A stretch of DNA of 64,000 bases from Mesorhizobium sp. (GCF_017306585.1 NZ_JAFKIC010000120.1:104-64103), one strand, 5' to 3'. Shown: positions 42,608 to 52,414, counted from the stretch's first letter. Made by a program: numbers and translations. The notes: generated by a model from the letters alone, not told the origin.

Positions 42608-42956
42608 CCCCGGCTTGCCCATGTCATGGCAGCTAAAGTTCTCCCAGAAATAGTTCGCAACCCCGGTTGTCCGACATGGTAGAGAACACCCCGCTCCCGG
42701 TGGGAAATGCATCGGCTATGAAGTGCCTGTCGTCACGCTTGACGGGCCTCGATCCACCCGGGGCGAAAGAGGAACTCTGTATACAAATTTTTCGTCTATC
42801 GCACCGTGTAATATTCAAGTAATATCTAATCTATAGACCGTTTTAATTCTTCAATCCTGATTTCTGCAAGACCCACCCAGAGACGGCCACCAAAAACATA
42901 CCAAAACCTGCGTTAGCGGCTTCTATATATCCGCGAGTAAAGACTTTCGTGCCAAA

Positions 42957-43760
42957 ATGAAATGCCTGGTTATCAATCTCGATCGCTCTCCGGACCGGCT
43001 CGCCCACATGACCGCCGAGTTTGCCCGCATCGGCATCCCTTTCGAGCGGGTCGTGGCGGTCGATGCAAGGCAACATCCAGGACTCACGCAGCAACGCCAG
43101 CATCCAAGGTACGCCGTACAGCCTTTATCGGGCAGTGAGATCGCCTGCCTGCACAGCCATCGCGCCTGCTGGACCATCATTGCCCAGGGCGAGGCCCCTC
43201 ATGGCGCCGTCTTCGAGGACGACATCGTGTTTTCCGCGAAAGCCGGAGCGTTGCTCGCCGATACGAGTTGGGTTCCGGCCGATGCCGACATCGTCAAGCT
43301 GGAGACGTTCTTCCATACCACTGTGATCCAGCGCGAGCGGTTTCCCATCGGCCACGGCTTTTCGATGTTCCGGCTCCGCAAGAATCATATAGGGGCCGGA
43401 GGATATTTGCTATCCAGACAGACAGCCCGCGAGCTCCTGCTGGCGACCACAGAGATCAACGTAGCGGTGGACAATCTCATTTTTGATCCGGCGTTCGAGA
43501 CGTCGACCAGCAAAACGATATACCAGCTTGTTCCCGCCCTTTGCGCGCAGGAACAGTTCATAGGCGCGAGGCTGCCCAGCCTGCTTGCGCCGGAACGGGA
43601 TGCCGCTTGGCTTGCAAGCGGACTTGCGGTCAAACGCAGGAAACCGGCCATGGCGAGGATCGGCAGGGAGACCTCGCGGACAGCGCGCTGGGTTGCGGAT
43701 TTCTGCAGGTTCCGACGGCAAATTGTCGTCCCGCTTGGCGCGATCGAGGCTGAAGGCTAA
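42957..43760 (+). CDS. Glycosyltransferase family 25, paralogue 2
   Basis: The motif set matches paralogue 1 (MKCLVINLDRSPDRL, AVFEDDIVF, PADADIVKLET, ADFCRFRR tail). By eye it is about two-thirds identical to paralogue 1. Confidence 0.85.
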   Translation: MKCLVINLDRSPDRLAHMTAEFARIGIPFERVVAVDARQHPGLTQQRQHPRYAVQPLSGSEIACLHSHRACWTIIAQGEAPHGAVFEDDIVFSAKAGALLADTSWVPADADIVKLETFFHTTVIQRERFPIGHGFSMFRLRKNHIGAGGYLLSRQTARELLLATTEINVAVDNLIFDPAFETSTSKTIYQLVPALCAQEQFIGARLPSLLAPERDAAWLASGLAVKRRKPAMARIGRETSRTARWVADFCRFRRQIVVPLGAIEAEG

Positions 43761-43812
43761 CTGGACGGCCTGACGGACAAACCAGTCCACCACACTGAAT
43801 ATGTCTTGAGAA

Positions 43813-44640
43813 ATGAAGTACCTGCTTATCAATCTCGATCGGTCTCCCGAGCGGCTTCAACATATGACGGCCGAGTTCACCCGGATCGGCATCGGGTTTG
43901 AGCGGGTTGCGGGGGTCGATGCCATGGACCATCCGGATCTGGTCCTACAACCGCAACACGCCATCCACGCCAACCGGCCGCTTTCGGGAAGCGAGATCGC
44001 CTGCCTGCATAGCCATCGTGAGTGCTGGAAGATCATCGCGCGGGGCGACGCGCCATACGGCGCCGTATTCGAGGACGACATGGTCTTCTCCGCCAGGGCT
44101 GGAGTGTTGCTTGCCGACATGGAGTGGGTGCCCGCCGACGCCGACGTCGTGAAGCTGGAGACCTTCTTTTCCAGAACCGTGGTGCAAAGAAGAAAAGCCT
44201 CCGCCGGGCATGGCTTTTCCACGACAAGGCTGCACAAGGGCCATCCTGGGGCTGGCGGCTATCTCCTTTCGCGGCGAATGGCGTGCGATTTCCTCGCGGC
44301 GACAGAAGGCCTCAACATCGCCGTCGATGACCTCATATTCAATCCTGTCTTTTCCGCGGGAAGAGCGACCTACCAGCTGATGCCTGCCTTGTGCGCGCAG
44401 GACCAGTTCGTCGGCGAAAGGCTGCCGAGCCTGCTTGACCGGGAGCGGGACGCGGCGCGGATGGCGAGCGGGCTTATGACCAAATACAGGAGCCCTGCAA
44501 TTGTCAGGATCGCAAGGGAAGCTCGGCGTACCATGAGGTGGGCCGCCGACTTCTGCAGGCTACGGCGACAGATCATAGTCCCCCTCGATCGGGTTGAACC
44601 ATCGGCTGGAGCCGGCCGATTTCAAGTCGAGTCGACCTGA
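43813..44640 (+). CDS. Glycosyltransferase family 25, paralogue 3
   Basis: MKYLLINLDRSPERL, AVFEDDMVF, PADADVVKLET and an ADFCRLRR tail are present. It lies 52 nt downstream of paralogue 2. Confidence 0.85.
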   Translation: MKYLLINLDRSPERLQHMTAEFTRIGIGFERVAGVDAMDHPDLVLQPQHAIHANRPLSGSEIACLHSHRECWKIIARGDAPYGAVFEDDMVFSARAGVLLADMEWVPADADVVKLETFFSRTVVQRRKASAGHGFSTTRLHKGHPGAGGYLLSRRMACDFLAATEGLNIAVDDLIFNPVFSAGRATYQLMPALCAQDQFVGERLPSLLDRERDAARMASGLMTKYRSPAIVRIAREARRTMRWAADFCRLRRQIIVPLDRVEPSAGAGRFQVEST

Positions 44641-44806
44641 AACCTGAGTCCGCTCTCAATCAAAGAGATAGAGCAAACGAAAACCCTTTGTCCGAGAAAG
44701 CCGCTCAGCACTTTTCGGCACCATTCTCGACGCCGGCAGGCCCCATACCCAGCGCCGCGAAAACGCGCTATAGACGTTGCCCAGAAGGCAGCGCCGACCG
44801 GGACCT

Positions 44807-45009
44807 ATGGCGAAAGTCTCCCTGAAGCTCGTTGAACTGATCGACGGCGAAGCGTTGCGCCCCCGATATGGGCGCGCTGACACTGTAACCGCAAGCGACG
44901 GCTCCGGGCGGCCGCCCGCGCCGGCTCGCAGCGGCTTCTCAAGGCCCGCCTCGCCGAAGGCCGCAAGATATCCGTCGCCATGCCGCGGCAGGATGGCGGC
45001 GGCATGGCC
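44807..45009 (+). pseudogene. Frameshifted duplicate of the glnD 5-prime coding region (with ~65 bp of its upstream region starting near 44741)
   Basis: [18 protein letters not shown] matches Gln[19 protein letters not shown]. The nucleotide match to 45904-46172 continues (..ggccgcccgcgccgg..cttctcaaggccc..ctcgccgaaggccgcaagat..) but indels break the frame. Confidence 0.7.
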
Positions 45010-45063
45010 GGGGTGTTCTTCTCAAGGCTTCGCGGTAAACTCAATTCCCTGACCCGGTCGAAC

Positions 45064-45879
45064 ATGAGGTGCCTGGTTATCAATCTCGATCGGTCTGCCG
45101 AACGGCTCGCCCATGTTACGGCGCAGTTCGCGCTCATCGGCGTCGCCTTCGAACGGGTTCAGGCGATCGACGCCCAGGATCGGCCCGAACTCGATCATCT
45201 GCCTCAGCATGTCCGGTATGAAAAACGGCTGCGCCTTACCTCAGGCGAGATCGCCTGCCTGCTCAGCCACAGGGCCTGCTGGACAATCATAGCGCAGGGC
45301 GACGCTCCCTTTGGTGCCATTTTCGAAGACGATATTGTCTTTTCCAGCAAGGCCAGCGCATTGATCGGCAATGCCGACTGGATCCCGGCCGATGCCGATA
45401 TCATCAAGCTGGAAACCTTCTTCTGGAATCCGTTAGTCGGACGAAAACGCATCCCTGCCGGGGCGCATTTTTCCTTGTTCCGGCTCTACGCAGAACACGT
45501 CGGAACCGGAGGGTACATCGTTTCGAAACGGGCGGCGCGCAACCTCATCGACGCGACCAGGGAGATCAGCGTCGCGGTGGACGATCTCGTGTTCAACCCG
45601 ATCTACCAGCCGCCGCCCCGCAAGACGGTCTATCAGATGGTTCCAGCGCTCTGCATCCAGGATCATTTGCTTGGCGACAAGGCGTTCGGATTGCCAAGCC
45701 TGCTCAAGCAGCCCCGGGACGCCCAATGGGCCGCTGTCGAGGTCGTGCAAAAACCCAGAAAGACGGCCGCAGGGCGCGTCAAGGCAGAATTCGCGCGGGT
45801 CGTTCAGCGCGTTGCCTATTTCTGCCTGCAGCGGCAAAAGATGGCCATTCCCTTCGATCGACCCGATGCCAAGGACTAG
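45064..45879 (+). CDS. Glycosyltransferase family 25, paralogue 4
   Basis: The ATG at 45064 gives MRCLVINLDRSAERL. AIFEDDIVF and PADADIIKLET are present. It is the most diverged copy (about half identical to paralogue 3 by eye). The upstream 28 codons of the ORF run out of the glnD pseudo-fragment. Confidence 0.85.
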   Translation: MRCLVINLDRSAERLAHVTAQFALIGVAFERVQAIDAQDRPELDHLPQHVRYEKRLRLTSGEIACLLSHRACWTIIAQGDAPFGAIFEDDIVFSSKASALIGNADWIPADADIIKLETFFWNPLVGRKRIPAGAHFSLFRLYAEHVGTGGYIVSKRAARNLIDATREISVAVDDLVFNPIYQPPPRKTVYQMVPALCIQDHLLGDKAFGLPSLLKQPRDAQWAAVEVVQKPRKTAAGRVKAEFARVVQRVAYFCLQRQKMAIPFDRPDAKD

Positions 45880-45969
45880 CCAGCCCAAAGCGGGCTTTCG
45901 CCGCCCCATACCCACAGCCGAAAAAACAAGCTATAGACGCCGCCGAAAAGGCGAGGCCAACCGGCACTG

Positions 45970-48771
45970 ATGGCACGAATCTCCCTGAAGCTTGATGAAC
46001 TGATCGACGGCGAAGCCTTGCGCCGCCAGATGAGCGCGCTGACGGTCGCAACGGCGGGCGACGGTTCCGGACCGGCCGCCCGCGCCGGCGTGCTGCAGCT
46101 TCTCAAGGCCCGGCTCGCCGAAGGCCGCAAGATCGCCGAAGCCATGCTGAGGCAGGACGGTGGCGGCAATGCCTGCGCCGAACGGCTGTCGCATCTCATG
46201 GATGAACTGATCCGGGCGCTCTATGATTTCGCCGCGACGCATGTCTACAGGGTGAAGAACCCCTCGGCGGCGGAACGCATGGCGGTCGTTGCCGTCGGCG
46301 GCTATGGTCGCGGCACGCTGGCGCCGGGATCCGATATCGATCTGTTGTTCCTGCTGCCCTACAAGCAGACGCCCTGGGGCGAACAGATCGTCGAGTACAT
46401 GCTCTACATGCTGTGGGACATGGGGCTGAAGGTCGGCCACGCCACCCGCAACATCGATGAGTGCCTCAGGTTGTCGCGCACCGACATCACCATCCGCACC
46501 TCGATCCTCGAGGCTCGCTTCCTGTGGGGCGAGAGCAAGCTCTATGACGAATTGATGCTGCGCTTCGACCACGAGGTGGTGCGCACGACAGGGCCGGAAT
46601 ATGTCCAGGCCAAGCTCGCCGAACGCGACGAGCGGCACGCCAAGGCCGGTGAAAGCCGCTATCTGGTCGAGCCCAATGTCAAGGACGGCAAGGGCGGCCT
46701 GCGCGACCTCCAGACGCTGTTCTGGATCGGCAAATATTTCTACCGCGTACGCACCGGCGAGGAGCTGGTGGAAAAAGGCGTCTTCACCGAGGCCGAATAC
46801 CGCGAATTCCAGAAGGCCGAGGATTTCCTCTGGGCGGTGCGCTGCCATATGCATTTCCTGACCGGCAAGGCCGAGGAGCGGCTGCATTTCGATATCCAGC
46901 GCGAGATCACCGAACGGCTGGGTTATACCAGCCATCCAGGCCTGTCGGCGGTCGAGCGCTTCATGAAGCACTACTTCCTGGTCGCCAAGGATGTCGGCGA
47001 CCTCACACGCATCTTCTGCGCCGCGCTCGAGGAGGAGCAGGCCAAGCACGTGCCGGGCTTCAACCGCATCTTCCTCACCTTCCAGCGGCGCAAGCGCAAG
47101 CTCGCCGGCACGTCCGACTTCATCGTCGACAACCACCGCATCAACATCGCCGATGACGGCGTTTTCGAGCGCGACCCGGTCAATCTGCTCCGGCTGTTCT
47201 GGTTCGCCGACAAGCACGGGCTGGAATTCCATCCCGACGCACTGAAGCTGCTGACGCGGTCGCTCGGCCTGGTCAACAAATCGCTGCGGCGCGACGAGGA
47301 GGCCAACCGGCTGTTCCTCGACATCCTGACCTCGGACCGCAACGCCGAGCTCAATCTGCGTCGCATGAACGAGGCCGGGCTGCTCGGCAGGCTGATCCCC
47401 GATTTCGGCAAGATCGTCGCCATGATGCAGTTCTCGATGTACCACCACTATACGGTGGACGAGCACCTGATCCGCTGCATCGGCGTGCTGGCCGAGATCG
47501 AGCGCGGCGACGGCGAGAAGATCCATCCGCTGTCGCACTCGTTGATGCCGGGCCTGAAGAAGAGCCGCGAGGCGCTCTATGTCGCCGTGCTTCTGCACGA
47601 CATCGCCAAGGGCCGGCCGGAAGACCATTCCGAGGCCGGCGCCAGGATCGCGCGGCGTATCTGCCCGCATATGGGGCTCTCGGCAGCCGACACCGAAACG
47701 GTAGCCTGGCTGGTCGAGAACCATCTGGTCATGTCGATGACGGCGCAGACGCGCGACCTCAACGACCGCAAGACCATCGAGGATTTCGCCTCGATCGTGC
47801 AGTCGGTCGAGCGGCTGAAGCTGCTGCTGATCCTCACGGTGTGCGACATCAGGGGCGTCGGTCCGGGCGTCTGGAACGGCTGGAAGGGCCAGTTGCTGCG
47901 CACGCTCTACTACGAAACCGAACTGCTCCTCACCGGCGGCTTCTCGGAGGTCTCGCGCGCGGAGCGCACGGCCGCCGCGCGCGAACATCTGGCCGAGGCG
48001 CTCGCCGACTGGCCCGACAAGCAGCGCAAACGCTATGTCGGGCTGCACTATGAGAATTACCTGCTGACCGTCGACCTGCCGGACCAGCTTCGCCACGCCG
48101 GATTCGTCCATGAGGCGGACGCGGCCGGCAAGAAGCTCGCCACCATGGTCAAGACGCACCAGTTCGAGGCCGTGACCGAAATCACCGTGCTGGCGCAGGA
48201 CCATCCCCGCCTCCTGTCGGTGATCGCGGGTGCCTGTGCGGCGGCCGGCGGCAACATCGTCGATGCGCAGATCTTCACCACGTCCGACGGCCGGGCGCTG
48301 GACACGATCCTGATCTCACGGGAATTCGACCGCGACGAGGACGAAAGGCGGCGCGCCGAGCGGGTGGGCCGGCTGATCGAGGATGTGCTGTCGGGCAAGA
48401 GCTGGCTGCCCGAGATGATCGAGAAGCGGACCAAGCCCAAGCGTGGCTCCAAGGTCTTCAAGATTCCGCCGCGCGCCGAAATCCGCAACACGCTGTCGAA
48501 CCGGTTTTCCGTCATCGAGGTGGAGGGGCTGGACCGCCCGGGCCTGCTGTCCGAGATCACCGGCACGCTGTCCGACCTGTCGCTCGACATTGCCTCGGCG
48601 CACATCACCACCTTTGGCGAAAAGGTCATCGACACCTTCTACGTCACCGATCTGACCGGCCAGAAGATCGACAGCCCGGCCCGTATCGCCGCTATCCGCA
48701 ACCGCCTGATAGCGACACTCGAAGGCGCCGCGCACGAACGCGGCGGCAAGGCCAAGGCGGCCGCCGAGTGA
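45970..48771 (+). CDS. glnD: Bifunctional [protein-PII] uridylyltransferase / uridylyl-removing enzyme
   Basis: The 933-aa protein has a nucleotidyltransferase domain ([17 protein letters not shown]), an HD domain (LLHDIAKG) and two C-terminal ACT domains. Confidence 0.97.
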   Translation: MARISLKLDELIDGEALRRQMSALTVATAGDGSGPAARAGVLQLLKARLAEGRKIAEAMLRQDGGGNACAERLSHLMDELIRALYDFAATHVYRVKNPSAAERMAVVAVGGYGRGTLAPGSDIDLLFLLPYKQTPWGEQIVEYMLYMLWDMGLKVGHATRNIDECLRLSRTDITIRTSILEARFLWGESKLYDELMLRFDHEVVRTTGPEYVQAKLAERDERHAKAGESRYLVEPNVKDGKGGLRDLQTLFWIGKYFYRVRTGEELVEKGVFTEAEYREFQKAEDFLWAVRCHMHFLTGKAEERLHFDIQREITERLGYTSHPGLSAVERFMKHYFLVAKDVGDLTRIFCAALEEEQAKHVPGFNRIFLTFQRRKRKLAGTSDFIVDNHRINIADDGVFERDPVNLLRLFWFADKHGLEFHPDALKLLTRSLGLVNKSLRRDEEANRLFLDILTSDRNAELNLRRMNEAGLLGRLIPDFGKIVAMMQFSMYHHYTVDEHLIRCIGVLAEIERGDGEKIHPLSHSLMPGLKKSREALYVAVLLHDIAKGRPEDHSEAGARIARRICPHMGLSAADTETVAWLVENHLVMSMTAQTRDLNDRKTIEDFASIVQSVERLKLLLILTVCDIRGVGPGVWNGWKGQLLRTLYYETELLLTGGFSEVSRAERTAAAREHLAEALADWPDKQRKRYVGLHYENYLLTVDLPDQLRHAGFVHEADAAGKKLATMVKTHQFEAVTEITVLAQDHPRLLSVIAGACAAAGGNIVDAQIFTTSDGRALDTILISREFDRDEDERRRAERVGRLIEDVLSGKSWLPEMIEKRTKPKRGSKVFKIPPRAEIRNTLSNRFSVIEVEGLDRPGLLSEITGTLSDLSLDIASAHITTFGEKVIDTFYVTDLTGQKIDSPARIAAIRNRLIATLEGAAHERGGKAKAAAE

Positions 48772-48811
48772 GCGAGACCATTCCCCTATCCCACAGGCAG
48801 TCGTCGAACGC

Positions 48812-50440
48812 ATGAGCCTCGTCAAAAAATTCGCCACCGTCGCTTCCGGCACGCTGATGAGCCGCGCGCTCGGCTTCGGCCGCGAGATGCTGATGGCCGC
48901 GGCGCTCGGCACCGGGCCTGTCGCCGACGCCTTCAACGCCGCCTTCCAGTTTCCCAACACCTTCCGCCGGCTGTTCGCCGAGGGCGCCTTCAACGCCGCC
49001 TTTGTGCCGTTGTTCGCCAAGGAGATCGAGACGCACGGCACCGACGGCGCCAAGCGCTTTTCGGAGGAAGTGTTCGGCGTGCTGTTCTCCGCGCTGCTGG
49101 TGTTGACGATCGCCATGGAACTGGCGATGCCGCTGATCGTGCGCTACCTGGTGGCGCCGGGCTTCGCAGAGACGCCAGGCAAGTTCGAGACGACCGTCCA
49201 GCTCGCGACGATCATGTTCCCGTATCTCATCTGCATGTCGCTCGCCGCCATGATGGCGGGCATGCTGAATTCGCTGCGCCGCTATTTCGCCGCCGCGATC
49301 GCACCCGCCTTTCTCAACATCATCCTGATCAGCGTGCTCGGCTACGCCTGGTATCATGGCCTCGACGCGCATGATGTCGGCTTCGCCCTGTCCTGGGGGG
49401 TGCTGGCGGCTGGCATCGTGCAGCTTGCCATTGTCTGGGTGGCGGTGCGCAATGCGGGCATTTCGATCGGCTTCCGCCGCCCGCACATGACACCTAACGT
49501 CAAGCGCCTGCTGATCCTGGCGTTGCCGGCGGCGATCACCGGCGGCATCACCCAGATCAACCAGCTGATCGGCACGGCGATCGCCTCGGCGCAGAACAGC
49601 GCGGTGTCCTCGCTTGCCTATGCCGACCGTGTCTACCAGCTGCCGCTCGGCGTGGTCGGCGTCGCGGTGGCGATCGTGCTGTTGCCGGAACTGTCGCGGG
49701 CGCTGAAGTCGGGCAATTTGATCGAGGCGGCGAATCTGCAGAACCGCTCTGTCGAATTCACTCTGTTCATGACCCTGCCGGCGGCGGTGGCGCTGTGGGT
49801 GATGTCTGAGCCGATCGTGCGTCTGGTCTATGAGCGCGGCGCTTTCGCGGCCAACCATTCGACCCCGACAGTGGCGGCGATCCTGGCGATTTTCGGCCTC
49901 GGCCTGCCCGCCTTCGTGCTGATCAAGGCCTTCACCCCGGGCTATTTCGCCCGCGAGGATACGCGCACGCCGATGATCTTCGCCGCCATTTCGGTGGCGG
50001 TGAATGTGATCACCGCGCTGACGCTGTTTCCCTCCATGGGAGCGCCTGGCATTGCCGTCGCCTCGGCCGTTGCCGGCTGGGTCAACGCGCTGATGCTGCT
50101 TGCCGTGCTGATCCGGCGCGGCCATTGGGGCCGCGACGTGCCGCTGCTGAAACGGATTCCGCGCCTGATCCTGTCGGCGGCGGTGATGGGCGTGGCGCTG
50201 TATTTCGCCGAGCACTGGCTGGCCATCAGGCTCGGCCCCGGCTCGCCGCTTTTCGTCAAGGCAACGACGCTGCTGGCGCTGGTGGCCGGCGGCGCGCTGC
50301 TCTATTTCGTCACCGCCTTCGCGACCGGCGGCGCCGATTTCGGCATGATCCGGCGCAATGTGAAGCGGGGTAACGCCAAGGCGCCTCCGGTGCAGCCAGG
50401 CTCGCCTGATGGGCCAGGTCCGGGCACTCTGAACGGATAG
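48812..50440 (+). CDS. murJ: Lipid II flippase MurJ (MviN)
   Basis: The 542-aa polytopic protein begins MSLVKKFATVASGTLMSRALGFGRE and contains AFNAAFVPLF. It lies directly downstream of glnD, as in the described rhizobial glnD-mviN operon. Confidence 0.95.
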   Translation: MSLVKKFATVASGTLMSRALGFGREMLMAAALGTGPVADAFNAAFQFPNTFRRLFAEGAFNAAFVPLFAKEIETHGTDGAKRFSEEVFGVLFSALLVLTIAMELAMPLIVRYLVAPGFAETPGKFETTVQLATIMFPYLICMSLAAMMAGMLNSLRRYFAAAIAPAFLNIILISVLGYAWYHGLDAHDVGFALSWGVLAAGIVQLAIVWVAVRNAGISIGFRRPHMTPNVKRLLILALPAAITGGITQINQLIGTAIASAQNSAVSSLAYADRVYQLPLGVVGVAVAIVLLPELSRALKSGNLIEAANLQNRSVEFTLFMTLPAAVALWVMSEPIVRLVYERGAFAANHSTPTVAAILAIFGLGLPAFVLIKAFTPGYFAREDTRTPMIFAAISVAVNVITALTLFPSMGAPGIAVASAVAGWVNALMLLAVLIRRGHWGRDVPLLKRIPRLILSAAVMGVALYFAEHWLAIRLGPGSPLFVKATTLLALVAGGALLYFVTAFATGGADFGMIRRNVKRGNAKAPPVQPGSPDGPGPGTLNG

Positions 50441-50576
50441 ACCCGGACAAGTGGACGGCCGGCGGATCGAGGAAAAGTGAAACACTCTTCCATTTGATGT
50501 CGCGTTAAACCAAGAGAATGGCGCATAATGCGTCTTGGGTATCGGCTCCAGCTCCGGGGCCAAAGGGGGAATTGGG

Positions 50577-51107
50577 ATGGCGGATTTATCGCTTGCGGAT
50601 TTCGTCGACGACGAGCCATGGCGGGATGACGTTCCGCTACTGGAGGATGTCCCGGCGCAGAACCTGATTGCCGGGGTGCGGATGCAACGTCTGGCCACAC
50701 ACGCCGACAAGCGTGGCGACCTGACCGTTCTGATGTCGGCGCTGCGGGAGCCTGTGGCTGCGCCGCCGCATGTCTATCTCGTGTCGGCCGAGCCAGGGTC
50801 GATCAGGGCCTGGGTCTATCACAAGCGGCAATTCGACCGGCTGGCCTATACCAACGGCGATATCAGGGTTGTCCTCTACGATCTGCGCGAGGATAGCCCG
50901 ACATACCGCAAGCTCGACATTCTCGACGTCGGCGCCGCCAACAAGATACTGCTGACCATTCCACCATTCGTGGTTCATGGCGTCCAGAACCGGGGCAAGA
51001 CCGCGGCGACATTCGTCAACATGCCGACCAACGTGTACGACCCCGAGAATCCGGACAAGTCGCGCGTCCGCTTCGACCACCCGGGCATTCCTTATCGATT
51101 CGGCTGA
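50577..51107 (+). CDS. RmlC-like cupin (dTDP-4-dehydrorhamnose 3,5-epimerase family)
   Basis: The ATG at 50577 is preceded by AAGGGGGA. HADKRGDL, WVYHKRQ and GDIRVVLYDLREDSPTYRKLDILDVGAANKILLTIPPFVVHG parallel the RmlC core (DxRG, HYQ, DVAVDLRxxSPTxG..IPxGxAHG). Confidence 0.7.
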   Translation: MADLSLADFVDDEPWRDDVPLLEDVPAQNLIAGVRMQRLATHADKRGDLTVLMSALREPVAAPPHVYLVSAEPGSIRAWVYHKRQFDRLAYTNGDIRVVLYDLREDSPTYRKLDILDVGAANKILLTIPPFVVHGVQNRGKTAATFVNMPTNVYDPENPDKSRVRFDHPGIPYRFG

Positions 51108-51109
51108 GC

Positions 51110-52414
51110 ATGCCGCTGTTCTCCGTCATCATGGCCACATACAATCGCGGCAGGCATATCCTCCCGTCGATACAGTCGGTGCTGCGGCAGAGCTGCCAGG
51201 ACTTCGAACTGCTGGTGATCGGCGATTGCTGCACCGACGATACGGCCGAGATCGTGGGAGCGCTCGCATCGCCGCAAATCCGCTGGCTGAACCTGCCGGA
51301 GCGAGGCGGCAGCCAGTCCTTTCCCAACAATGCCGGCATCGAACTGTCGCGCGGGCCCGCCATTGCCTATATCGGGCATGACGACATCTGGGCGCCGGAC
51401 CATCTTCAGGCGCTTGCAGGCCTTCTCCAGCAGGATTCGCAGGTGGATTTCGCCGTAAGCGGCGCGATCTTTCACGGCCCCAGGGCAAGCAATTTCCGGC
51501 AGGTGACCGGCATCTTCAGCGACAAGGCAGCGGCTTTCACCCACTTCTTCCCGCCCTCGAGTTTCGGTCATCGGCGCGATGTTACCAACCGTATCGGCAT
51601 GTGGCGCGATCCAAGGCAGATCGCGCCGCCCGTCGACGCGGACTTACTGTTGCGCGCGGCAAAGTCAGGGATGAATTTCGTCTCGACACAGCGGATCACC
51701 GTGCACAAATTCGCCGCCGGTCACCGCTACCTGAGTTACATGAGCCACAGCTCGGACGAGCAGCAGCGGATGATCCGACGCATCGAGCGCACCGGATACG
51801 AGGATTATCTGACCTCGGAGCTGGCCAAGGCCAGGGCGGCCGACACGTTCATGATCGTCCGTCATCCGGATTTTAAGCGCTATGAAAATGGCCAGCTTGC
51901 AACCCAGAATGCAAAGAACAGAGGGCTCGTACGCCCGGAACTGCGCAGTCTGACGCGGCGCGTGGTGATCAGGCAGGACGATTCGCCCAAGGCGCTCGAC
52001 TGGGGTCCCCTGAAAACCAGAGCCGGCAGGATGCGCTGGATAGGCTGCAATCCGCGCCCCAGGCTGCTCGTACCCTTTAAATATGCCGGCATCGCCCAAA
52101 TTCGTCTGGAAATCTGGCACCCCTGCCGCGAAGCCCTGACCGGATTGAAACTGTCCGCGAACGGCCAGCCCATCATGGCAACTATGTCCAGGCTGCGCCG
52201 GAAAGGTCATCTCTGGAGCGCGCAAGCGGCGTTCGAGACGACATTGCGGGACGACGACCACACCATCCTGGAGCTTCATCCCAACCGGCTGCAGAGGCCG
52301 GCCGAACAACGCACCGGTATCGGCGTGGCGACCATGGAGCTGATGCCGCTGGGCTATCAAGGCATTGTGGCCAAGCTCGCGCGGCTCGTCGCCAGACTTC
52401 GCCCGGTTCGCTGA
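51110..52414 (+). CDS. Glycosyltransferase family 2 with a ~200-aa C-terminal extension of unknown function
   Basis: The GT-A signature is FSVIMATYNRGRHILPSIQSVLRQSCQDFELLVIGDCCTDDT ... YIGHDDIW. The gene starts 2 nt after the cupin stop. Confidence 0.8.
   Translation: MPLFSVIMATYNRGRHILPSIQSVLRQSCQDFELLVIGDCCTDDTAEIVGALASPQIRWLNLPERGGSQSFPNNAGIELSRGPAIAYIGHDDIWAPDHLQALAGLLQQDSQVDFAVSGAIFHGPRASNFRQVTGIFSDKAAAFTHFFPPSSFGHRRDVTNRIGMWRDPRQIAPPVDADLLLRAAKSGMNFVSTQRITVHKFAAGHRYLSYMSHSSDEQQRMIRRIERTGYEDYLTSELAKARAADTFMIVRHPDFKRYENGQLATQNAKNRGLVRPELRSLTRRVVIRQDDSPKALDWGPLKTRAGRMRWIGCNPRPRLLVPFKYAGIAQIRLEIWHPCREALTGLKLSANGQPIMATMSRLRRKGHLWSAQAAFETTLRDDDHTILELHPNRLQRPAEQRTGIGVATMELMPLGYQGIVAKLARLVARLRPVR

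Noticed and set aside
41594-42712. A 372-aa ORF antisense to GT25 paralogue 1. Similar long antisense ORFs occur elsewhere, e.g. 45931-48204 (-) opposite glnD, 31481-33685 (+) opposite maeB, 48692-50710 (-) opposite murJ and 58396-59943 (-).
   Set aside because: Their products are low-complexity, Arg/Ala/Gly/Pro-rich sequences with no recognisable motifs. They lie exactly opposite genes with strong family signatures. Such stop-free antisense frames are expected in DNA of this GC content.
42718-42765. atgaagtgcctg.. followed by ..ctcgatcc was considered as a possible decayed 5-prime remnant of a fifth GT25 gene in the spacer between paralogues 1 and 2.
   Set aside because: Only the first 12 nt and a short ctcgatc block match the GT25 starts. 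The rest does not align by eye and there is no downstream GT25-like reading frame. The match is too short to distinguish from chance without a statistical alignment.
44777-45052. A 91-aa ORF was considered as a small gene upstream of GT25 paralogue 4.
   Set aside because: Its N-terminus copies GlnD residues 1-18, and the rest is an out-of-frame reading of the duplicated glnD 5-prime sequence. It is better explained as a pseudogene fragment.
50535-50576. An upstream alternative (TTG) start would give a 190-aa cupin protein.
   Set aside because: The ATG at 50577 has a well-placed AAGGGGGA ribosome-binding site. The extra 14 residues (Gly/Ser-rich) add nothing recognisable.
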